64,000 bases of DNA, from NCBI GenBank assembly GCA_023415575.1, contig JAEZKF010000027.1, positions 9,685 through 73,684 of the forward strand, given 5' to 3'. This document shows positions 30,746 to 37,979 of the stretch, in pieces. Position 1 is the stretch's first letter. Every line of letters starts with the position of its first letter. The notes below the pieces were generated by a model. It made no database searches, was not told where the DNA came from, and saw nothing but the letters and a program-made list of their open reading frames with translations. This stretch comes from Bacillota bacterium. GTDB taxonomy: Bacteria > Bacillota > Clostridia > Oscillospirales > Ruminococcaceae. A program made the position numbers and the translations under genes.

Positions 30746-30883
30746 TTACCTCATCCGGCGCTAACGCGCCACCTTCTCCTATTAGGAGAAGGCTTTAGCC
30801 TAGCGGAATTATTGGCTTCTCCTTTATACGTCAAGTCTTGCTTGACATTGAGAAGCTGTCGAGCGCAGCGAGACTGATGAGGT
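30746..30883. repeat. 138-bp structured repeat, copy B
   Basis: Direct repeat of 30541-30678, 205 bp downstream. Ends 25 nt from the GNAT stop codon. Confidence 0.9.
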
Positions 30884-30907
30884 GTACTCCAATTGGCGAG
30901 CTACTCA

Positions 30908-31792
30908 TCAACCCTGCACTCTCCACCAACTATAATTTGAATACGGTCGAAAGCCGATGCTGTAATAAAAGGGCTGCAGAGAGCTTGCAAGGATTCGGGC
31001 TGCGCCGGCGGCGGCACAGCGGGCAATCCCCTCCCGCATACCGGCTTTGGCAAGCCCAAGGCCACGGTAGGCGGGGTCTGTTCCGACCGTCACTGCCATT
31101 GCAGTTTGCTGCTTCGGCTCGTACATTAAGGAGCACAGAGACGCAAAGTCACCGTTTGGGGCAACCACGGCAATAATAAGACTTAAATCAACGTTGGGCC
31201 GTAAAAGCAGCTGCCTATAGGTTCTTTCTCTCTCAGGTGTAAACACAAACTCTTCGCTGCCAAATCGATGATTTAAAACGATGTGCAACACCTTTGCAAA
31301 GCGTTCTAAGTCAAAGGTCTCCTTCATGCTCGTGACTGTAAAGCCATCGGGCAAGCGATAGGTCAGGTCTGCGTTATGTACTGCAAGGCCTGCAACACTG
31401 GCTTTTTGCTCGGTTGCAGTGTAGCCATCCCTTGCTGCTATCTCCTGAAACATCGCGTCGGTATCGGCAATCAACACCTCAGAGGTGCCATCCTGATTCA
31501 AACTTTGTCTTGCATAGGATAGGATCTCTCCCCATAGGTACTCATACCCGCGCATGGTAAAGCAATAGGCTCTGCCCGGCTGCATATCAAAAATCGCCAT
31601 ACCCACCACTTCATCGCCGAGCTCCCACAGTCCGATTCTGCTAAGGGCATTGCTGTCTGAATGGATAACCGTATGGTCCCAACGTGCAAATGTATAATAG
31701 TCATCTGCAAGCTTTACGATAAAGGAGCGAACCTTAAAGTAGTCCTCCGAAAAACCGGGAACCCGCGCATAGTTCCGAAAGCTGATCTTCAT
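30908..31792 (-). CDS. GNAT family N-acetyltransferase (two-domain)
   Basis: 294 aa. C-terminal acetyl-CoA motif VGTDPAYRGLGLAKAGMREGIARCAAAGA. Confidence 0.75.
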   Translation of the reverse strand: MKISFRNYARVPGFSEDYFKVRSFIVKLADDYYTFARWDHTVIHSDSNALSRIGLWELGDEVVGMAIFDMQPGRAYCFTMRGYEYLWGEILSYARQSLNQDGTSEVLIADTDAMFQEIAARDGYTATEQKASVAGLAVHNADLTYRLPDGFTVTSMKETFDLERFAKVLHIVLNHRFGSEEFVFTPERERTYRQLLLRPNVDLSLIIAVVAPNGDFASLCSLMYEPKQQTAMAVTVGTDPAYRGLGLAKAGMREGIARCAAAGAARILASSLQPFYYSIGFRPYSNYSWWRVQG

Positions 31793-31941
31793 CCCTTTTC
31801 ACCACCCGGAGCTCATTTTTCCATTAAATATAACATATAACGTATGTTTTTTCCATATATAGATTAAAATAGATTGGTGTAATGATCCATATCAGTAAAT
31901 AATTCTAATGAGATTATTGATTTATTCGGGCTTTAACAATG

Positions 31942-31975
31942 CAAAAAGGCAACCCAGACAAAGTCAGGATTGCCT
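31942..31975 (-). terminator. Intrinsic terminator after the alpha/beta hydrolase gene
   Basis: Minus strand: AGGCAATCC...GGGTTGCCT followed by TTTTTG. Confidence 0.5.
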
Positions 31976-31995
31976 AACATTGAACATTTAGCAGC

Positions 31996-32784
31996 TTATC
32001 GGATGCGGTAAAGCCATTCCTCCACAAGCGCGCGGAAGGTTTTTGCTCGATCAATCTGCAGGTTGTGGCCGGCACAATCAAGGACGGTGAAGCTTGCGCG
32101 CGGGTAGCAGGGCAGGATCTCGTATGCCCCCTCAAAGCCCGTGCAGTTGTCCTGCCTGCCCGTGATAAAGGCCGTGGGAAAGTAGTACCGCCTTGATAAA
32201 TCAAACTCCAAGGTCTGCCCCAGCGCATCGATAAAGGCATGGTCGGCAAGGTGGAGATACTGCTCGATGTCCCTGTGGTATTGCTCCTGCGCCTCCTTGG
32301 TCTGAACGACCGATAGTAACGCAAAGGTCTTGCGCTGTTCTGAGGAAAGCGACACCATAAACTCAGGGTCTGATATTAAGACCTGTCGTTCCGGCAAGGT
32401 CTGCTTGATATCAGCAATATAGGGGCACAAAAACAAAGCACCGAGAATGCGGTCGCTGATTCGCTCGATGATGCCCCGCGCAAGCTGCCCGCCAAAAGAC
32501 TCACCCACGAGCAGAAAGGGCGCATCACCTAGCACAAGGTTGATAAACCGAATCAGCACCTCGGTGATGGTGGTATCGTCATAGACCCCCTTACCCGGCT
32601 TGGAAAGCCCCATGCCCGGCAGGTCGGGATAGATGCGCCGATAGCCTCCTATCTCCTCAAAGACGGGCTCAAAGCATCCCGTCATCAGGTGGTGGTCTAC
32701 CCTTGAGCCATGCAGAAGCACAACGGGCACACCCTCGCCATACTCCACATAGTGGATGGTGGTGTCGTCAATCCGAACTGTCAT
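31996..32784 (-). CDS. Alpha/beta hydrolase
   Basis: 262 aa. VVLLHGSRVDHH, nucleophile elbow GESFGG and a C-terminal CAGHNL. Confidence 0.8.
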   Translation of the reverse strand: MTVRIDDTTIHYVEYGEGVPVVLLHGSRVDHHLMTGCFEPVFEEIGGYRRIYPDLPGMGLSKPGKGVYDDTTITEVLIRFINLVLGDAPFLLVGESFGGQLARGIIERISDRILGALFLCPYIADIKQTLPERQVLISDPEFMVSLSSEQRKTFALLSVVQTKEAQEQYHRDIEQYLHLADHAFIDALGQTLEFDLSRRYYFPTAFITGRQDNCTGFEGAYEILPCYPRASFTVLDCAGHNLQIDRAKTFRALVEEWLYRIR

Positions 32785-32926
32785 ATCCTTACCTCCAACC
32801 TAGTTCAAAGCTGCCGGATTGACGCTGCATACATTAAGGATGTTGCGCCCACTCGGTTTATCCTATTATACCACCCTTTTATGCCATTTCCAATATCAGT
32901 AAACCACACAATTTGCAGGATTTACG

Positions 32927-33397
32927 CTACTTGATAATATCCCCAAGCGTAAAGGGCACGACCTTCTTTAGATCGTCGATGCCAAGCTCAATCTGAAACC
33001 CAATCCGGCCGCCGCTAAAGAGGATGGTCTCAAAGTCTTTCGCCGTTTGGTGTATGGTGGTTTGAAACAGCTTTTTCATGCCGATAGGCGAGCACCCGCC
33101 GTGGACATAGCCGGTAAGACCCAGCAAATCCTTGGATTTAAGCATCTCAATCGACTTCTCCCCCACATGGGCTGCCGCCTTCTTTAAATCAAGCTCCTCG
33201 CATACGGGAACCATAAACACATAGTGGGCCCCGCTCTTACCTGTTGTCACAAGCGTTTTAAACACCCGCGCAGGGTCCTGACCCAGTACAGCTGCAACCT
33301 CAGTACCGCTGACGACACCGGTATCGGTGTAAAAGTGCTGCTTGTAGGCTATCTTTAAGCTGTCCAGCTTTCGCATCGCGTTTGTCTTGTCCGCCAT
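32927..33397 (-). CDS. ybaK: Cys-tRNA(Pro)/Cys-tRNA(Cys) deacylase YbaK
   Basis: 156 aa from ATG 33397: MADKTNAMRKLDSLKIAYKQHFY ... KTLV ... GYVHGGCSPIGMKK. The 292-aa ORF-track version is an artefactual extension. Confidence 0.85.
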   Translation of the reverse strand: MADKTNAMRKLDSLKIAYKQHFYTDTGVVSGTEVAAVLGQDPARVFKTLVTTGKSGAHYVFMVPVCEELDLKKAAAHVGEKSIEMLKSKDLLGLTGYVHGGCSPIGMKKLFQTTIHQTAKDFETILFSGGRIGFQIELGIDDLKKVVPFTLGDIIK

Positions 33398-33436
33398 AGT
33401 GGTGTCCCTTCTTTCCTTCTGATTACTCCCTACATA

Positions 33437-33468
33437 GAAAAGCACCGTCCGTATTGCGGGACGGTGCT
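33437..33468 (-). terminator. Intrinsic terminator after the Ser-rich protein gene
   Basis: Minus strand: AGCACCGTCC-loop-GGACGGTGCT followed by TTTCTATG. Confidence 0.6.
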
Positions 33469-33482
33469 CTGTATTCGTTTGA

Positions 33483-34580
33483 TTATTCCTCGCTGGAGCT
33501 GCCGTCGGACTCTGAGCCAGAACTGTTCTTGGAGCTGCTAGAGCTGCTCTTACTGGAGCTGCTGCTCTTGCTGGAACTGCTGCTCTTACTTGAGCTGCTA
33601 CTCTTACTGGAGCTGCTGCTCTTACTCGAACTGCTCTTGCTGGAGCTTGATTCCTTTGAAGAGCTCTCATTTTCCTCGGAGCTGCTCTCCTCCGAGGACG
33701 ATTCATCCTCATGGGAGGTGGAATCGGTCTCGTCATTTGAGGATACATCACCGATGACTTCCTCTTCAAGCGACGAGGTACCGGAGGTAATGAGGTCCTC
33801 CTCATAGTACTCGTACTCCGAGCCGGTGCCCGAGCTGCTGGAGTCGTTCTCTACGTCGCGCAGGGCGGTGATGATATAGCCCGTTTCCGTCTTTTTGAGG
33901 AAGTAGTTCATATACTTATCGGGGTCGGGCTCGTGGCGGTTGCCCTTTTCGTCAATCTCCCATACGCTGCCCGGCGGCACATAGCCTACCCGCAGGATAA
34001 TCTCGTCGCCGTTTTTGGTGATCTTCATAACCTTCGGGGTGTAAACGGCAATCTCCGCCGATGTCGGCACGGTATAAACCTTGTTTTCCTCGTCGTAAAC
34101 GTAGGTGGTTTCATAGTCACCGAAGGTCTGGTGCTCCAGCTTTACCTCCGGTCCAAACAGGTTGGCGGCGCGCACATCAAGCTCCGAGGCGGGGATCAGC
34201 GAGAAGTTAAACTCATCCTTTGCCCACTTGGAATCGTCGTTATTTAAGATGGCTGACCACATCGCCGTTTGCAGCAGCATGGACTGATCAAGGGTTGCAA
34301 CACTTTCAAATGGCGGCGGGTCGTACATGACCACCGGCATTAAGAAGCGTTCAAACCGCGCCTTTTCCTTGTCGTTGTTGATAAACGACTGGGTCACGTT
34401 CACAATGCCCACAATGAGCGTTACAATGCCGATTGCACACAGAATCAGCACCAACAGACCAATGGGGGCCGCGATGCGGCTGCCCTTGCGTCTCCGCCTG
34501 GGGGACGGCTTCGCAGACGGTTTTATGTCCTGCTCGGGCGCAAGCCCGCTTTGAAACAGTTCACTGTCTTTTGTACCCAA
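33483..34580 (-). CDS. Single-pass membrane protein with an extracellular domain and a Ser/Lys/Glu low-complexity tail
   Basis: 365 aa. TM segment IAAPIGLLVLILCAIGIVTLIVGIV. The tail reads ...SSSSKSSSSKSSSSSKSSSSSKSSSSSKSSSSSKSSSSSSKNSSGSESDGSSSEE. Confidence 0.7.
   Translation of the reverse strand: MGTKDSELFQSGLAPEQDIKPSAKPSPRRRRKGSRIAAPIGLLVLILCAIGIVTLIVGIVNVTQSFINNDKEKARFERFLMPVVMYDPPPFESVATLDQSMLLQTAMWSAILNNDDSKWAKDEFNFSLIPASELDVRAANLFGPEVKLEHQTFGDYETTYVYDEENKVYTVPTSAEIAVYTPKVMKITKNGDEIILRVGYVPPGSVWEIDEKGNRHEPDPDKYMNYFLKKTETGYIITALRDVENDSSSSGTGSEYEYYEEDLITSGTSSLEEEVIGDVSSNDETDSTSHEDESSSEESSSEENESSSKESSSSKSSSSKSSSSSKSSSSSKSSSSSKSSSSSKSSSSSSKNSSGSESDGSSSEE
33531..33648. repeat. Tandem 15-18-nt coding repeats (S4-6K units)
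   Basis: About 7 head-to-tail variants of GAGCTGCTGCTCTTACTG on the plus strand, which encodes SSSSSK on the minus strand. Confidence 0.8.
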
Positions 34581-34650
34581 GGTCGGATACCTCCTTTACC
34601 GGCGCGGCTTTCGCTAAAGTTTTGCCGAAATGTTCTTTTACAAGAACCAC

Positions 34651-35898
34651 TTAGCGTACCTGTCCGCTGCCGTGTATCACATATTTCACGGATGTCAATT
34701 CGTTTAGTCCCATCGGCCCACGCGTATGCAGCTTCTGGGTCGAGATGCCGATCTCAGCGCCCAGGCCGAACACGCCGCCGTCGGTAAATCGGGTGGAGGC
34801 ATTGACATACACCGCCGCCGCGTCGATTTCATTTACAAAGCGTTCGCTGTTTGCGTAGCTTTCGGTCACAATACATTCGCTGTGGCCACTTGAGTATTGT
34901 ACTATGTGGCTGATTGCCTCGTCAATGGAATTGACTACCTTGACAGCGAGGATATAGTCTAAAAACTCAGTTGCATAGTCTTCATCCGTCGCGGGTATAA
35001 CCCCTTGCCCGAGGATAGACCGTGTCTGTTCGCAGCCGCGAATCTGCACGTTTTTCTTTTGCAATAAGGCGTTTGCCATAGGCAAAAACTCTTTAGCAAC
35101 ATCCTTGTGCACAAGCAGGGTTTCCGCCGCGTTGCACACCGACGGACGGGAGGTCTTTGCATTGTATATGATGTTTGCCGCCATCTCCAGGTTGCAGGGG
35201 CTGTCGACATAGACGTGGCAGTTGCCCACGCCCGTTTCAATCACCGGAACGGTGGCGTTCTTCACACACGCCGAGATTAGCCCTGCCCCGCCGCGCGGAA
35301 TCAGCACATCCACATAGCCGTTTAGGCGCATGAGCTCGGTTGCGGTCTCGCGCGCGGTGTCGCCGATAATCTGAATGCAGTCCTCATTAAGGCCTGCCGA
35401 TTTTAAAGCCTTACGCATAATGGATACCAAGCAGAGGTTGGAGTGAATAGCCTCCTTGCCCCCGCGCAGGATAACGGCATTTGAGCTTTTTAGGCACAGA
35501 ACAGCCGCATCCACCGTGACGTTGGGCCGTGCCTCGTAGATGATGGCAATCACCCCGAGGGGTACGCGTGTCTTTTCAATGCGCAGGCCGTCTGTGTTTA
35601 CATAGCCGGTTTCAATGCGGCCGATGGGGTCGGGCAGCATGATAACCTCGCGCACGGCTTGGGCAATGCCCTTGACGCGGTCTTCGGTCAGACGCAGGCG
35701 GTCAAGCAGCGCTGGAGTAAGGCCTGCCTTCTCTCCCGCCGCAAGGTCGCGGGCATTCTCATTTAAAATCTCCGGGATGTTATCCTCAAGCGCCTGCGCA
35801 ATGGTAGCGAGCGCCGTGTTCTTCTCCACAGTGCTTGCGGTTAACAGCGTTCTTGATGCCGCCTTTGCGGCAACGCCAGTCTCGAGTACCGTTCTCAT
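34651..35898 (-). CDS. proA: Glutamate-5-semialdehyde dehydrogenase (gamma-glutamyl phosphate reductase)
   Basis: 415 aa. IYEARPNVTVDAAVLCLKSSNAVILRGGKEA and VCNAAETLLVH. Confidence 0.95.
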   Translation of the reverse strand: MRTVLETGVAAKAASRTLLTASTVEKNTALATIAQALEDNIPEILNENARDLAAGEKAGLTPALLDRLRLTEDRVKGIAQAVREVIMLPDPIGRIETGYVNTDGLRIEKTRVPLGVIAIIYEARPNVTVDAAVLCLKSSNAVILRGGKEAIHSNLCLVSIMRKALKSAGLNEDCIQIIGDTARETATELMRLNGYVDVLIPRGGAGLISACVKNATVPVIETGVGNCHVYVDSPCNLEMAANIIYNAKTSRPSVCNAAETLLVHKDVAKEFLPMANALLQKKNVQIRGCEQTRSILGQGVIPATDEDYATEFLDYILAVKVVNSIDEAISHIVQYSSGHSECIVTESYANSERFVNEIDAAAVYVNASTRFTDGGVFGLGAEIGISTQKLHTRGPMGLNELTSVKYVIHGSGQVR

Positions 35899-35936
35899 AA
35901 CCCATTCCTCCTTTGCAAGGTATCCTATCTATATGA

Positions 35937-36731
35937 TTACTTCATAAACAGTGTTCCGACGGCCTTACCCTCGAGCAAATCATAAAGGGTCTCGGGGGTA
36001 GCGCCGTTAATAATTGCCATGGTAATGCCCTTTTTAAGGGCTATTTCAGCTGCATGCAGCTTGGTAATCATGCCGCCGGTGCCCATCTCCGAGCCTGCCC
36101 CGCCCGCAAGGCTGCAGATTTCCTCGGTAATCTCGGTAACATGCTCAATTAAGCGGGCATCCTTGTCGGTACGCGGGTCGCCGGTGTAAAGCCCGTCGAT
36201 GTCGCTGAGCAGAATCAACGCATCCGCGCTGCATACATCAGCAACCACTGCCGAAAGGGTATCGTTATCGCCGAAGTTGCCGCCGCACTCAATCTCGTCG
36301 GTGGCAACGGTGTCGTTTTCATTTACAACGGGGATACACCCCATATCAAGCAGCCGGCAGAAGGTGTTCTCTACGTTGTGCCTGCGCAGGTCATCATCGA
36401 TGACATCGCGCGTCAAAAGCACCTGAGCCACCGTGTGGCTGTATTCGCCAAAGAGCTTATCATATGTATACATAAGCTCGCATTGTCCGACTGCGGCGGC
36501 CGCCTGTTTGGTCGGGATGTCAGATGGCTTGTGCTTGAGTCCCAGCTTTCCGACACCGACGCCGATGGCGCCGGACGAAACCAGCACGACTTCGCGTCCG
36601 GAGTTTTTGATATCCGCAAGCACCTTGACAAGGCGCTCAATCTTTCTAAGATTCATCCTGCCCGTTTCATGGGCGATGGTGGAGGTGCCCACCTTAACAA
36701 CGATGCGTTTTGCATCCTTTATGCTGCACAT
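35937..36731 (-). CDS. proB: Glutamate 5-kinase (short form without a PUA domain)
   Basis: 264 aa. RIVVKVGTSTI, LVSSGAIGVG and NENDTVATDEI. Confidence 0.93.
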   Translation of the reverse strand: MCSIKDAKRIVVKVGTSTIAHETGRMNLRKIERLVKVLADIKNSGREVVLVSSGAIGVGVGKLGLKHKPSDIPTKQAAAAVGQCELMYTYDKLFGEYSHTVAQVLLTRDVIDDDLRRHNVENTFCRLLDMGCIPVVNENDTVATDEIECGGNFGDNDTLSAVVADVCSADALILLSDIDGLYTGDPRTDKDARLIEHVTEITEEICSLAGGAGSEMGTGGMITKLHAAEIALKKGITMAIINGATPETLYDLLEGKAVGTLFMK

Positions 36732-36969
36732 TGCAAGCTTTCCCCTTTTCCCCGTTAAGACTGATACAGCCTGTATATTCTTATTCTTTATCTACAGTTT
36801 GTTCCCCGAAGATAAAAGATTTCTACCGTGCATTATAGCACAATCCCATATAACCCCACAAGTGCGGGCGGGTGTAATTCACTTAATGTTCAGAATTGGC
36901 ACCTAATTTGTTCGCAGAACGCGCACACATTTCCGCGAATTTTAGCAGTTTATAGCAGCAATAGAATCG

Positions 36970-37011
36970 GAATAATAAGGCAAGGGCAGAGGGTTTATCC
37001 CCTCTGCCCTT
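36970..37011 (-). terminator. Intrinsic terminator after the GT2 gene
   Basis: Minus strand: AAGGGCAGAGGG-loop-CCCTCTGCCCTT followed by a T-rich stretch. Confidence 0.5.
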
Positions 37012-37018
37012 ATTATAC

Positions 37019-37960
37019 TTACTGCAAAAACTTCTCGATAATATACCGCGGGCGGTGCTTGACCTCTCCGTATATCTTACCGACATACTGGCCCACTACG
37101 CCAAGACCGACAAGCTGCACGCCTCCCAAAAACCACAGCGATATTACAGCCGCCGCAAGGCCGGTCACCGCAAAACCCAACAGGTAGAAAACAAGGGCGC
37201 AGATGGCGGCAATCACGCTTAGTACCATGATGGCAACGCCGGCGGTGGTAATCAAAGAGAGCGGCTTTACGCTAAAGGAGGTAATGCCGTCAAAGGCAAA
37301 AGCGAGCATCTTTTTAAGCGGATACTTGGACTCACCCGCAAAACGCTCCTCGCGCACATAGCTTACCGTTGCAAACTTATAGCCCACCAGCGGCACCATT
37401 CCGCGCAAAAACAGGTTGACCTCCTTAAATTCGGCAAGCCCATCCAAGGCGCGCTTGCTCATAAGGCGGTAGTCCGCGTGGTTGTACACCACCTGTGTAC
37501 CCATCGCCTGCATAAGGCGGTAAAAGCCCTGCGCTGTGGTGCGTTTAAAGAAGGTATCCTTCTCGCGGCTTTCGCGCACGCCGTAAACAACGTCGCAGCC
37601 CTCCTCAAAGCGGGCGAGCATCTCATCCACGGCGTTGATGTCATCCTGCAAATCGGCATCCAGCGATACCACGCAATCGGCGTACTCCTTGGCGGTCATA
37701 AGGCCCGCAAGCAGGGCGTTCTGGTGGCCGCGGTTACGGGAAAGCTTAAGGCCTAAGATATGGCCGTCCATCGCGTGGTACTCTTCTATGAGCTGCCATG
37801 TCTTGTCCTTGCTGCCGTCATCCACAAACAGGATGCGGCTTTGGTCTGAGATTTTACCGCTGCCGATTAAAGCGAGCAGCTTACTTAAAAACCGTTTGCT
37901 GCTTTCGGGCAGGACTTCCTGTTCGTTATAACAGGGTACAACAAGGTATAGCGTAGTCAT
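37019..37960 (-). CDS. Family 2 glycosyltransferase, polyprenyl-phosphate sugar synthase type (GtrB/CsbB-like)
   Basis: 313 aa. LVVPCYNEQEVL and FVDDGSKDKT, with two C-terminal TM helices. Confidence 0.85.
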   Translation of the reverse strand: MTTLYLVVPCYNEQEVLPESSKRFLSKLLALIGSGKISDQSRILFVDDGSKDKTWQLIEEYHAMDGHILGLKLSRNRGHQNALLAGLMTAKEYADCVVSLDADLQDDINAVDEMLARFEEGCDVVYGVRESREKDTFFKRTTAQGFYRLMQAMGTQVVYNHADYRLMSKRALDGLAEFKEVNLFLRGMVPLVGYKFATVSYVREERFAGESKYPLKKMLAFAFDGITSFSVKPLSLITTAGVAIMVLSVIAAICALVFYLLGFAVTGLAAAVISLWFLGGVQLVGLGVVGQYVGKIYGEVKHRPRYIIEKFLQ

Positions 37961-37979
37961 GATATAAGAATTCTCCTAT

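Noticed and set aside
30541-30883. Possible CRISPR array
   Set aside because: There are only two full repeats, each 138 bp, which is far longer than CRISPR repeats. The 67-bp sequence between them is itself a degenerate repeat fragment. No cas genes are in the window.
30838-31176. 112-aa plus-strand ORF starting inside repeat copy B
   Set aside because: Its start is repeat sequence, and the same peptide fragment LDIEKLSSAARLMR is encoded by copy A without an ORF. The rest is antisense to the GNAT gene.
33398-33807. N-terminal extension of the ybaK ORF (292-aa version, Ala/Arg/Val/Pro repeats) and the plus-strand poly-Leu/Glu ORF at 33454-33807
   Set aside because: Both are alternative-frame readings of the Ser-Lys tandem repeat that belongs to the 33483-34580 gene. 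YbaK is complete from ATG 33397, and a terminator lies between the two genes.
36732-36900. Looked for a proline T-box or attenuator upstream of proBA
   Set aside because: I found only an extended -10 promoter (TGCTATAAT, 36840-36832 on the minus strand) and a short leader of about 90 nt. There is no T-box sequence, specifier loop or terminator.
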